A stretch of DNA of 60,284 nucleotides, filler included, from Sphacelaria rigidula (GCA_964200075.2; 10 parts of 10 records of this genome joined end to end with filler, not necessarily neighbours in it); one strand, 5' to 3'; positions 11,201-23,823 are shown, counted from the whole stretch's first letter. Numbers and translations are program-made. The notes: a model not told the origin generated them from the letters alone.

Positions 11201-12145
11201 CTAGAGGTATCACGAACAAGCGTTCGGTGAAGAGGTACAGGACAGATTAGCCCGTGGGGTCGGCGATGGTGAAGAAACAAGGCTTTGCATTATGGGCTCG
11301 CCGTAGAGTAATTGTCACACATTGGAGGTCACACATCAAGTCTACGCAAATGGGCTACATGATCACGTGTGTTCAACGGGCCAGCCTGCTGCAAACAGAA
11401 GTAATGTCCCGTCTAGATTCCGCGGGAGTGTAGGCAACATGTTTCATTTTAAGTCTCTGACCGGCAGGGTTGATCGTCTGGGTCTCATCGGCATTTTTGA
11501 GGTGAAAATTATGCCATTTCAATAGGTGATCCATTCTGGCGGTCAAAGGGCTAACGGAATCGCAACTGATATTCGTGCGTTCAACAGACGGGTGAAGTGT
11601 CGGGGTAGGACCCTTGGTATAGTACGTCCACTCGCTGTGAGTGGTTGTGCCAAAGAACAGTGGATTTTCGAAAATGGGGTTGAAAACAAAATGAGGTTCA
11701 ACTCAAAAGCCGTGCTTTCCTTGTCCAAAACCCGTGACAAATGACTTTCATATGGACCACCTCATCCCTTCCGACCTCTCTAGAACTATTTTGAGGGATT
11801 TCTAGCCTTCCATTCCCCCAAAGGGTGTGTGTGAAAGGACGATTTTGGGGACCAAAAACGTCCTTTTTTCACCCCGAAATCGAGGGGGAAATGTGCTTTC
11901 GCACACACCCTTTGAACAGCCGATCATCTATGTTGAGGATGGTGCTTTTCATTGAGGATGAGAACCCGGAGGATTAAANNNNNNNNNNNNNNNNNNNNNN
12001 NNNNNNNNNNNNNNNNNNNNNNTTAATTAATTAANNNNNNNNNNNNNNNNNNNNNNNNNNNNNNNNNNNNNNNNNNNNGTGCAAGACAGATATGCCACTT
12101 CAGCCCCATATTTTGTATGAACCCCAAAATTTAAAATCGGCTGTT

Positions 12146-12457
12146 AAATACTCTACTTGAATCTGGGGTAGATTGAGTGCGACCTCGAATACTCTATTCA
12201 AGTTTTAGGTAAGTGCTCCCTTACTCAGGTATAGAGTATCACTTGGATATAAACTCAATACTCTACTCAGATTTTGGGTAGATTGAGTATGACCTTAAAT
12301 ACTCTACTTGAATTTGGGGTAGATTGAGTACGAACTCAAATACTCCACTCGAATTTTGGGTAAATTGAGTATGACCCCAAATACTCTACTAAAATTTTGG
12401 GTAGATTGAGTACGACCTCAAACGTTCTACTCAAATTTTGGGTACTAGAAGTATGAC
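12146..12457. repeat. Tandem minisatellite, ~41-bp palindromic monomer (about 6-7 copies, one interruption)
   Basis: Consensus aaatactctactcaaattttgggtagattgagtaygacctc repeated head to tail. Confidence 0.9.
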
Positions 12458-13179
12458 TTTTCAAAAACACCGACTATTTAGTAATATGCTCTACTCGACC
12501 TGCCCTTGGTAATCTCCTCTTGTATAAGTTGATCCAAAAAAGAATCGGAACAAGAAGAAACACAAACAAGAACAACAACAGGAAATGCACGCATGATGAA
12601 TATCCAATCCCCTCCGTGTGCTCCAGAGATAGATGGACCCTGCCTAGCTATATAGCCCGGTGGCCCAAGAAGATCAATACGAAGTGAAATGCAGGCCAGA
12701 GGTTTCGTTAAACGCATTGCATAATGATAATAAGTCGAAGGTTGGAGATGAAGAACATGGTTTATATATGTTATCATTTGGCGTGATGGTCTCAAACCGA
12801 GGAACTGCGCAGCCAAGTGCAGGGGCTACCGACGTGGCAGGCCGGCCGATGCTACTTGTTATAAAAGGAGGGCTGGCGCTCAAAGGGTCGAGAATAGTAA
12901 GTAATGATGTTTAACTTTAGACCATAATGGCAAAACTCGGAATATGGCAGATGAGAATTGTAGAAAAATCAATGATGAAACAAGTGTCCGGAACGATGAG
13001 CTCACTAATAATATTATTAGGTGACACAAATATATAATTGAGAAGCGAATGAAGAAATACTTGCGCAAGCACTATATTTGCAGGCGTCACTTCCTTTTCC
13101 TGGGTAATAAGTGAGTATACGGCGTAAGGGGAAAAAACAGTGACACGTATGTACAGCACCCCCCCAACCCCCCTCCCCC

Positions 13180-16100
13180 AAATGGGTGGGTAAAGTACTA
13201 GTATAGTAGTGCTGATATTCGGAGTTCGTAGCGATATGAGAAGAATAGAGTGTCAAATGAAATGCAATGGAGTTGGACTATACTATTTGGCAAGAGGAAA
13301 AGTAGAAAGGGAGGGAGAACACTTTCGAGTCAAGCTAAAACAGAGCGCTAGCAAGGAGTGGGAAAGGATAGAGGCGAGTAAGGTGTCGGCACGGGTTAGG
13401 AGAGTATGATGGAGAGTATGCATAGCTAATGGAACAACAACCGAGGACGTAGTCCACGGGTAAACGGAGGGGGAGAGAGACAGGAACACGGAAGTGCCCG
13501 GAACGGGCAGAAAGGGGAAGAAAGGGGAAGAAAGGGAATATGGCGGCCGGAAACAAATAAATAGACAAGACGAACGCAGAAACGGGAAGGGAACAACAAT
13601 CAAGCGAGGGGAATTAAGATTAAAAGCGACGGAGAGAGAGCAGTAGACAACACGAGGGCAGGTAATGATTTGGAAAGGAAGTTAAGAATAGGATCGTGGA
13701 AAGTATGCGGATTCGTCACAGACAAATGTAAAAGAAGAGAGATAGCGCAACAGGTAAGTAGACACGAGGTAGATGTAGTAGGAATCCAAGAGTCATGGGA
13801 GAAAGAGGGGGCGGGAATAGCATGCAAAGTTGAAGAGTACGCATGGATAGAGAAAAGGTGGAAGGAACAGAAGCCCAAGAGCAGGGGAGCGGGGGAAGTA
13901 GGATTCTTAATCAAGGAATACCTGTGTGACAGGATAGAAGTGATCGGCGAAACGGAATTCGACGAGAGCATATGAATAAGGGTACCAGGAGAGCGGGGAA
14001 CGAAGGACTTCTTAGGGAATATCTACATGCCCCCAGAATCGAAGAGTAGGGTGAACGATATACAACGGAGGTGTGGAGAGATAGCAGCAGATGTACATAG
14101 GTATAAAAGCAAAGGAGAAGTAATGTTAGTGGGAGATTTTAATGCAAGGGTAGGAAGAGCAGGTCAACCGGACGATAAGATTGGGCAATACGGCGAAGAT
14201 AAGAATAATACGAATGGGGTAGAAATGCTAAAGTTCCTTGAGCATAACGAGATGAAGATGCTGAACGACAAACCACAAAAGCCAGAGGCACAATGGACAT
14301 GGACTAGAAAATGCAACGGGGAAGAGAGAGAATGCTCCGTTCTTGACTATTTAGTGGCAGATCATGGAATAAGTAAAGAAATCGAAGTACATGTGTGCGC
14401 GGACGGTGAGGAAACCACAGATCATTGCCTGATATGGACAGAAAGTCAACAGACGAGAGCTAAACAAATAGCTGGGGTAGGAAGTTGTACAAATGGAGAA
14501 TCGATCAACTAGATATGGAAGAGAAATGACAAGAGTTCCAAGATGAGATGGCCATGAATGCGGTGAAATTTTCCGAGCTGTTGGAGAGCGTAGGTACAGT
14601 TGATACCGAAATAGACAGAAATCGGGCAGGAGCGAAGATCATAGAAGGATGGGAGCCGTTGGTTAAGACCACAGCGAGTAAAGTCATGGGGAGGAAACTG
14701 ATCGTATGCAACAGAGCAGTAATATGGTGGGATGAGGAAGTAAAAGAGGCTATACGAGTAAGGACGGAGGCCCACGCGAGATGGATATCGAGTAAAAGTA
14801 CGGTAGGAGGGGAGGAGTATACTAAAGCTTGAAAGGAAGTAAAAAATATGGTACAGCAGAACAAGAAGGGAGTATGGGAAGGTGTAGTGGAAAAAACAAA
14901 TGAAGATGTCGATGGCGGGATGAAACAAATGTGGGTAGGGATAAAAGGGAGTAGGGGAAACCAGGCAAGAAAGATGGACAGGGGGATAGCTACACTCCTG
15001 GCTCAGAACGGTAAAATGGTCAGTAGTTCGAAGGGGGGGAGTGTAGTTCTAGTCAAGCACTACCGTAAACTAGGAATGCCAAAAACTAACACGAAGGTCG
15101 AGACGGAAATCGAAAAAGAGATCAACGCGTGGGCGGAGGCAAATGTACGAACGTCAAAACGGAAGGATAGAGGCTCCAAAGAATTGCAGAGAGAGTTCAC
15201 CAGAGATGAAGTAAAGAAGTGCATAGCTAAACTCAAGGGAAAAAAATAAGCAGGGGCAGACGAAGTAGTGAATAAACTTCTCAAGTACGGGGGAGAGGGA
15301 ATGATTATCATGATGGTTATGCTGTACAACTGGATCTGTGAAAACGAGTACACACCCAAGAGGTGGAGAGAAGGGGTAGTCGTCAACCACTTCAAAAAAA
15401 GGGACAAGGCTGACCTAGGAAGTTTTAGAGAGATAACGCTACAAAGCACCGTAGGGAAAACATTCTGTAAGATTCTGAACAATAGTGTGGGAACGATGCT
15501 AGAAAAGGGAGAATCAGCGAGTGGCAAGCAGGTTTTGGACCAAACCGTAGTTGCGTAGATCATGCGTACACACTAGATGAGATTGTTCAGGGTAGGAAAG
15601 ACACCGGGTTGACAACGTACTGTTTCATTCTGAGCGTGCAAAAGGCTTATGACACAGTATGGAGAAATTACTTGTGAAAAAAGTCGTGGAAAGCTAGGAC
15701 CAGAGGAATGATATGGAGGATGGTAAAGAATATGACATATTGTGCCAAAAGTGCCATGATGCTAGACAGGGAAATATCGAAATATTTCGATACCTTACAA
15801 GGAGTTGCACAAGGATGTACGGTATCACCCACTTTGTCCGAGGTATTTATTAATGACCTGATAATAGTAGTAGAAGCAGCAAAGCAAGGGGTCAAGGTGG
15901 GTGAAGACATGGTATTAGGATTGATGTTCGCGGGTGGTTTTATGGGGATTTCAGAAACAACACAAGGATTGCAGACACAGATAGACAAGGCGCTAGAACA
16001 CACGAGGAAACGGAGAGTGACAGCGAACGTCAAGAAATGCGCGGTACTTATCTGTAACGAAGATAAGAAAAATCCGGTAGAGTTCAAATGGAAGTGGGGA

Positions 16101-17271
16101 GAAAAGGAATTGCCGATCGTAGACCAGTAAATATACCTTGGCGTAGAGATACTGAAAAACTGTTCTTGGGATGCACACATAAACAACGCAATGCAAAAGG
16201 GTAGGGCACAGATAGGCAGGATGGACGTGATCCTCCGAGACTCGCACCTGGATACTAGGATTAAGAGATGTGTCCTGATGTGAACGTGGTTGTACAAAAG
16301 CTGGAATATGCCGGAGAAGAATGGGAGAGGAACGTAGAGTTGGTTGAAAAGTTCGAAACAGCGCAGATGGCAGCAGCTAAGAAGATACTTGGATGCTCGA
16401 AAACGACGAGTAATACAGCATTGAGAGCAGAGTTGGGAATGTACTCGCTAAAAACTAACAGAGACATGAGAAATTGCGATGGCAATATAGCGTAAAAAAC
16501 ATGCAGAGAAAGATATTGTCACCCATAGTTGATAGGGCTGTATGCAAGAAAATCAGGAAAGGGCGGGCTGGAATAAGGTGTGATATATAAGTCGAGAAAG
16601 TATGGAAGGAGATAGGAGGTAACCACGACGAAATACTGCTCATAGATGAGGGCGCGGGGTACAAAACAAAATCGAGAGACATAATAGGAATAAGGGGAAA
16701 AGGAGCGCTCAGACGCAAAATAGACGAGGAAGAAGACCTGAAGATTCACGGGGGGTTGAGAGAGGGGATAGAGATGAAGGCATATTTTGCATGACCGAAT
16801 GGACGCTGCGAAAAACCTGAAACTGCGATTTCGGGTTGGGGACCTGGACCTGCTAGAAAGAAGAAAGGGATACACCAGTCGTCGTGTGGAGGAGGGAGTA
16901 GATGGACAGAATTGCTCTTGTGGCAAAGCAATAGAGAGCAGAACTCATACAGTGTTAGAATGTGAACTATACAAGGAGGAACGGGGCGTGATAGAGGGGA
17001 AAATGTAGGACGTGAACGAAGATGGCATGAAATCGTTTGATGCATTAGACAGTAGCGAGAAAAATATGGCTATACTAGGTGATAGATGCTGGCCACAGAC
17101 GGCGAAACAGGACGGGGATAATATGTCTAATATAAACTTGTGATATATGGAAGAAACGTAATAAGCGCCTGAATGTTGGAGGTGTGTCTATGAGGAGTAG
17201 GAGTGGTGCTCCGTCTCGAAAGGGATGCGGGGTCAATGGTGAAACGACTAAGGCAAGCGACAAATGGGTAC
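13180..17271 (+). mobile_element. Near-full-length degenerate non-LTR retrotransposon (APE endonuclease + RT + C-terminal CCHC), RTEX-like; multiple stops and frameshifts
   Basis: APE motifs LRIGSW.V.G, VVGIQESW, VMLVGDFNARVG, LDYLV, TDHCLIW (13680-14440); RT motifs FREITLQSTVGKTFCKILN, KAYDTVWR, GVAQGCTVSPTL...FINDL, LMFAGGF (degenerate FADD), YLGV; ALRAELG; CSCGKAIESRTHTVLEC. The 5' boundary is inferred from the C-run at 13159-13179 and is uncertain. Confidence 0.93.
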
Positions 17272-18644
17272 GCTTCCTTCCCCCGGTTTTGCCGATTTGA
17301 GCATTTTCGGGCTGCGGCTCCTAGGACAACCTGCTACGAGCTCCTCTGCGTGAACGCGCAATAAAAAAAACACCTTCCTCATATAGCCATGGCAGAATAG
17401 TGCTGCGTGCCTTCCTATTATAGTGGCAAGACGTCTTTTTTCCCCATACCTGCATATCAAGCGCCGATTTAATGTCCTTTCAGCGTCATTTAGCCCTGCA
17501 AAACTATTCTCCATGAACTCCGGGGACTGTTAGTGGGAAAAATCTCAAAGAAAAAATTACGGGCGTTATAAGAGTCAACAAAGGTATCAACGAAAGTCGC
17601 GACCGGCTGCAGAAGTGCTCGTATCAATAGTTCAATCTTCGACGATAAAATCTAAGGCAGACACAGGGGGAAATGCATTGATCCTTTGATACTGCGGACT
17701 TGTTTTGAGAAGGGGGAAGGGGGCAATTGAGAGTGCGACGAAAAAGTGGAATTGTAGTAGATTCACTGATGTATTGTGTTGATTGCGTGGGAACCAATCA
17801 TATATATTTCACCATATATTATACCGACCTGAAACAATCAATCGGTACTCAGTTTCGTCGACACGTGCTTGCAGGTTTCACCCGTTGATCGTGTGGCTAT
17901 TGTATGCTTGGTGGGCATTCGGAGTCAGTCAACCCTTGTACGTACACTCATAACAATATTTTCGTGAGATTGAGAGTAGATGATACGATTGGGAGTGAAA
18001 AGCGGTCAATCAGTGAANNNNNNNNNNNNNNNNNNNNNNNNNNNNNNNNNNNNNNNNNNNNTTAATTAATTAANNNNNNNNNNNNNNNNNNNNNNNNNNN
18101 NNNNNNNNNNNNNNNNNTGGTCTTGTGTGTACGGTCAGTGCGGTCCTGTCTCTACAAGTCTTGGGTGCGTGGGCAGTCTGTACTGCATCGCGAGTGCTGT
18201 TCGCATCACGCTGCATACACAGACCTGAAATGCGAGCTACAATGCTGTCTATCTATGAGTGTTTGTACAGCACTCGTCATCGACCCTGCCCTGTGCTCTT
18301 CTCATGGGGTAAAGAGCTGCCATGAGACTGGCGAGCGAAGGACAATGAAGCAACACGCTGACTACCCGCGAGCATCAGCGGCAGCAGTGATCATGGCAGC
18401 CAAGCCACCCATGGCTGCTGTCGTGGGCTGGAGGGTGGGTTGGCGTGGGGCGCGATTTCAAGCGCGTTTTCTGATCACATAGGAAGTGGGTTATCAGAAC
18501 ACGCGTTTTTGAATAGAGCTCTCTTCATACATGAGAACTAGCCGACGGGCACCGTCAGCGTCACGTACCACGGTAACATCAGGCGTTAAACGACACAATA
18601 CAACGCCTCAAACACTGGTGGATGAGCCGCGACATGCACAGAAT

Positions 18645-18889
18645 GAAACGTTACATTCGAACGTTACACGTGTCAACGTAACGTTATATTAGACGTTACA
18701 CGTGACATTGAAACGTTTCATATTGCGTTAACATGTAACGAAACGTAACGTTAATTTTTTTTAACGTGATGAACGTAACGTGAACGTAACGTCAAATTTT
18801 ATATGAAACGTTAACGTAACGTTCAAATTTATAAAAAAGTGACATACGTAACGTAACGTGAACGTGAACGTGTAACGTGTAGACCCCTG
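18645..18889. repeat. AACGT-rich degenerate tandem repeat ending in GTAGACCCCTG, probable subterminal region and end of a hAT-like DNA element
   Basis: Dense aacgtt/aacgtg/acgtaa motifs; terminus reads CAGGGGTCTACACG on the minus strand. Confidence 0.55.
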
Positions 18890-18902
18890 GAAATATTCGG
18901 TA

Positions 18903-19333
18903 TTCGCACATACGTCCTGTGCATCGTGTCAAAATTCTCATCGAAAACGATCCAAAATTAAGCGCAGGAAATGCGTTTGAATTACTCGTAACTGGTCCAC
19001 CTCCATATACTACAGTAATCGCTTGTCGACGGAATGACGCATTTCCTGCGCTCAATTTTGGATCGTTTTCGATGAAATTTTGACACGCGATGTACAGGGC
19101 GTATGTATGTGCGAACACCCCACCTTCCAACCCCTGTTTTTCTCTTCCTCTCCGTGTGTTTTTGGCGAAGGAATATTTCAGAACAGTTTTTCCGGAACAA
19201 GATTGCCAGTAACTCAGGAAGAAAAACAAAAAAAAATAGAGGATTGAAAATGGGGTGTTCGCACATACGTCCTGTACATCGTGTCAAAAGTTCAACGAAA
19301 ACGATCCAAAATTGAGCGCAGGAAATGCGTTTC
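18903..19333. repeat. Three ~80-bp units in alternating orientation (+,-,+)
   Basis: ttcgcacatacgtcctgt.catcgtgtcaaaa...aaaacgatccaaaatt.agcgcaggaaatgcgt at 18903-18977 and 19258-19331; reverse complement at 19036-19115. Confidence 0.9.
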
Positions 19334-20594
19334 AACATTCCTTGTGGATTCTTGGGCGGCCCCGCTCGTATAGAGATAGGGACAGAACAGTGATAGCGGA
19401 GAGACGCGGGAATCATTTCCAGGGAGGAAGGGGCGTGGTTGTTGTGGCGTCCGTGAACGGAAAATGAGCGAGAAAAGAATCGAATGTGTGGGCGCCATGG
19501 TTGGAGTGGGCGCGTAGACTCCCTTGTACGCGATGGGCCGCATCAGGTACAGTTTAGAGAGCGATGGCATGGCACAGGTACGTTCTCGGCCGATCGGTGG
19601 CCCAGATAAGGTACGACTGTAAAATAATTCCTGGGTCAGGTGTTGTTGTTGTTGTTGTTGTTGTTGTTGTCTTCACATTGAAAACCGTTCCGATATCTGC
19701 GTGGTACATTCGTACCGCGCATCTATCTGATTGGGATACCTGGGCGAAATTCGGCCTACAAAAGGTAAGCCATATCCGTCGAGTAACATGTTTCCCCCTC
19801 CATTTTTTGAGGCTCGGGTACCAATGCCCCCCCCAAATGATGTGCGTGAAAAAAATCGGAGCGAAAACGATCGAACATGACGTGTTTGGCCGATTACGCG
19901 TTTCTGGCCATTTTTCGTATTTTTCTTGGTTGGGCGAAAAACGAGAAGACATACCTTTTCTTGGCCATTGCTCATATATTTTCAACCATTTCTCCGACCA
20001 TGGTAATTTCTGTTGTACAAAACAGAGAAAGTGTCCTGGACGGACCATACTGCCACTGTAGGTAGTTCTAGGTATTTTGAAGCCCGTTGTGCCTTCCACG
20101 TCGGGCCTTGTGTTGAACGTTGGCAGTGGACGAGGAGAGGAACGTTCCGTGCGGGTACAGAGCCGGCGATTATGATTGGCCAAAGGGCACAGCGCAAAAA
20201 TGAGAACATGCACACGACCGACACTCACCGCGTAGTCCCACCCCCCTCTCACAACAGTGCTCATCTCCGGGGTGAAAATTGGCTCATTTTCAATACACGA
20301 AACAGAAACAGGACGCTGCGGGCAATCTATAGGCAGGCGTCTTTTGTCGTTGGAGATCGGGGTACTTGTGCTTGGATTTTCAGCCACCCAAGTTCCGCAG
20401 CGACTTCGTCAGCCAGCCGCAAACAAGGGCGGTAAGCAGAGATTGAACCGACTTCTTTGCGCTGTATGTATCTGAATTAGCAATTCTCGGGTGATGTGCA
20501 TGAGTTCAGGTGATTTGGGTGAACGTGGATTTTCCAAGAGACACCTTGGAGCCATGCTACGATGGGGCAGGGGCGGGGGGGGGGGGGGGGGGGG

Positions 20595-20810
20595 GGGGGG
20601 CATTCATCCCATGAAATTCCACTTCAAATTGTCGTTGAAAGCAGCAACGATTGTTCGAGCGCGCTTGTTGCGCCGATAAATAGCACTCATTCGCACTGCC
20701 TTATGTTTTTTTCACCCAAAGACATATCCAACGCGAGTGTGTTGGGTCGTCAGCCACACCTATGTGTGAGCTCTTACTACTGTTTTCGTGGAATGAAATA
20801 CCCCCTCCCC
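20595..20810. mobile_element. MITE-like element with G-run/C-run termini; related partial copy at ~30225-30424
   Basis: ggggcattcatcccatgaaa ... tttcgtggaatgaaatacccc inverted termini; gaaattcca..tcaaat.gtcgttgaaag.agcaacg.ttgttc shared with contig 6. Confidence 0.65.
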
Positions 20811-20893
20811 TAGTATCGTAGGATCAGGCCGTGTCTTAGGCCGTATCCTAGCACAACGCCTACCACATCATTTTTCGATCGAAAAAGTGCGGT

Positions 20894-20918
20894 GCGTATG
20901 TGTATGTGTGTGTGTGTA

Positions 20919-20965
<47 letters not shown>
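20894..20965. repeat. (TG)n microsatellite
   Basis: Direct observation. Confidence 0.95.
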
Positions 20966-20966
<1 letters not shown>

Positions 20967-21169
20967 GTCATCCTATCTTTTCCGGACGCCAGTCTACACT
21001 TGTCGATATTTGCGGGCGCACCAGCCGGGGTCACACAGGAGGCAGGCCAACACAGGAGTTTGTGCGGTGAAGAACAAAAACCCCGATCTGATAGGTCGTG
21101 ATCTCAACCATCTTCAATATTCACGAAGATGGTTGAAAATGTGATCAGATAGATCGAGATTTCCACCGC

Positions 21170-21520
21170 CTTCATTTAACGAGGCGCCCTGAGGATTTGT
21201 ACGCAAGTAATGGTTGGTACTATGGAGATGCCGCCAACCGTATAACGCTAACCCTAACCCTAACCCCGACCAAGGCATACCGAGAACCCGCGGGCAAGGG
21301 AGTGCAGAGCATTCCCTAGGCAAAGGGTGCGTTGCCAGAGCTCAAATTGATGCTTTTTACCCGATTTTGAACCAAAACACGTTCTGGACGAGCTGGGTCC
21401 ACTGCTCACCTGCCCCAGACCATGAATTTTCTCAGAACTTCGTTGATTCTAAAATCAAGTAAAATTGAGTAACAACCATTGTTCACGCACAAATCCTCAG
21501 CTCTACTGAAATTAACGACG
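21170..21520 (+). mobile_element. Dispersed repeat family carrying an internal telomere-like (CCCTAA)n block; copies at ~48725-48915 (minus) and ~49810-50005 (plus)
   Basis: taaccctaaccctaaccccgaccaaggca.accgagaaccc.cggg, gacgagctgggtccactgct.acct.cccc and aaccattgttcacg.acaaatcctcagctc.actga shared between copies. Confidence 0.75.
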
Positions 21521-21741
21521 AAAAAGTGCGGTGAAAAACAAAAAATTCGATCTGATCGGTCGAGACTTTCACACCCTGTACAATGGCCGCATCTAATGCG
21601 ATAGCAATATAATCTACTGCTGCAGTAGATGCCAGTATTGTCGTCCGTAATGACCATCGATCCGCTGGTTTATCTTTCCATTGTTGTTGGCAATGTCTAT
21701 CGATAGACCAGTTTCCCGCACTCTTGTCTGGACAGCAGTCT

Positions 21742-22957
21742 ACCCCACGGGGTGTAGCCGAGTGTCCACCGGTGATGTGTTCTTGCACAAGGTATGGAAA
21801 CACCACCCTGTCAAGGTGTGCCTTATTAGCAGAAGGTATCGGAACATCACCCTGTCAAGGTGGGCCTTACGCCGGGGTATCGAATTAGTACCCTGCCAGT
21901 ATGTGTCCTTGCACAAGGGACGGAAACATGACCCTGTCAAGGTGTACCTTAGCACAGGTATCAAAATATTACCCTGCCAGTATGTCTCCTTGCACAAGGT
22001 ACGGAAACATCACCCTGTCCAGGTGTGCCTCGGCAGAAGGTACCGGAACATCACCCTGTCAAGGTGTACCTTAGCACAGGGTATCGAATTGTGACCCTGC
22101 CAGCATGTGTCCTTGCACAAGGTATGGAAACATCACCCTGTCAAGGTGTGCCTTAGCAGAAGGTATCGGAACACCACCCTGACAGGGTATCGAATTAGTA
22201 CCCTGCCAGTATGTGCCCTTGCACAAGGGACGGAAACATCACCCTGTCAAGGTGTACCTTAGCAGAAGGTATCGGATCACCACCCTGTCAAGGTGTACCT
22301 CCTTAGCACAGGGTATCAAAATATTACCCTGCCAGTATGTGTTCTTGCGCAAGGTATGGAAACATTACCCTGTCAAGGTGTACTTTAGCAGAAGGTATCT
22401 GAACACCACCCTGTCAAGGTGTACCTTAGCACAGGGTATCAAAATATTGCCCTGCCAGCATGTGTCCTTGCACAAGGTACCGAAACATCACCCTGTCAAG
22501 GTGTACCTTAGCAGAAGGTATCTGAACACCACCCTGTCAAGGTGTACCTTAGCACAGGGTATCAAAATATTACCCTGCCAGCATGTGCCCTTGCACAGGG
22601 TACGGAAATATCACCCTGTGTGCCCCGGCACAAGGTATCGGAGCATCACCCTGTCATCAAGGTGTACCTTAGCACGGGGTATCGTAACATTACCTTGCCA
22701 GGGTGAAGACTTGTCCAGGGTATGGGGTATCACCCTGCCAAGGTCAGCTTGGTGCGAGGTATTGACACACTACCTTGTGCAAGGTCTACCAGTTTATAAG
22801 GTATTACCATCAAACCCTGTCAAGGTATTCGTGCCGACAAGGGACTGTCAAGCGACCCTGCCAGGGTTCCATACCCTACACAAGTTCATCACAGGGTCTC
22901 CACAGGGTGTTGGCCTCGACAGGCACCCCACGGGGTGTAGCCGAGTGTCCACCGGTG
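21742..22957. repeat. Array of roughly 27 palindromic 41-bp monomers (123-bp trimeric higher-order repeat) bracketed by perfect 33-bp direct repeats
   Basis: ACCCTG-type monomer start at 22326, 22367, 22408, 22449 (41-bp period); accccacggggtgtagccgagtgtccaccggtg identical at 21742-21774 and 22925-22957. Confidence 0.93.
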
Positions 22958-23823
22958 CTACGATGACCCTACACCAAAATTTATTGCGGCCGACCAAATG
23001 CATCGATCGATAGTTTTCCAAATGTATTGATGACGGCAACCGCTACTGATAGACCGCGTGCAAAACGTTTGATGACGACGGTGGCTATTGACAGATTGTA
23101 TACGAAATGTATTGATGACAGCAATAGATATAATAATAATCAATAGTAATTGATAGTTTGCGTATAAATCTATGCATGGCGGCGATGAAAATCGATAGAT
23201 ACATGCCAGAATCAACCGTGGTATATATAATGCCTACCGACTTTTTAATTTTTATGTGAAGACAACAACAACAACAACAACAACAACAACAGCAACCGCC
23301 AGATTTTCTGTCGTCTATATTGCCACACGTACATCGTAGCGTACTACGTGTAGAGCATATTATACTCGCCGTTAAGGTGTGGTGGAGAAGCCGCAGGTGA
23401 ACATGCAGTGGGTATACAATGATACTACTTGTGAATATATGGCATCACGTTTCTACAATTTTGGAATGCTTGTATGTTGTAGGAATCCGCAACATGTGTA
23501 AGTACAAGTTCACAACCTTTTTGTTGTTGTTAGTGTGGTGTTGGTACTTATGGTTGTCCCTCTGATGGACATGGGCGCTTACAGTACTTTTGTGTGTGGG
23601 TGAGATGTGCTTATACCCTGGACAATAGACTATGTAATAGAACATTGGCGCTGCAATAGCCCCGAAAAATTTACTGTTAATGTTCATTGCCAGTCATAAT
23701 CTACTGTCATCAAAGTCTATCGATAGCAATTATTGTAGGCGACAAAAGATTCGGGACGAAAGGCATGATGATGTATCATTGCCGTGACAATGGAGGGGCC
23801 TAGTTGTCTATCGATACCCGGTC

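Noticed and set aside
21775..22920. CRISPR-like appearance of palindromic repeats at regular spacing (also 12146-12457)
   Set aside because: Linkers are only ~11 nt and recur rather than being unique spacers, there are no cas genes, and the context is eukaryotic
22213..23013. 266-aa ORF with 41-aa repeats
   Set aside because: By-product of the stop-free 123-bp satellite unit; no splice or domain evidence
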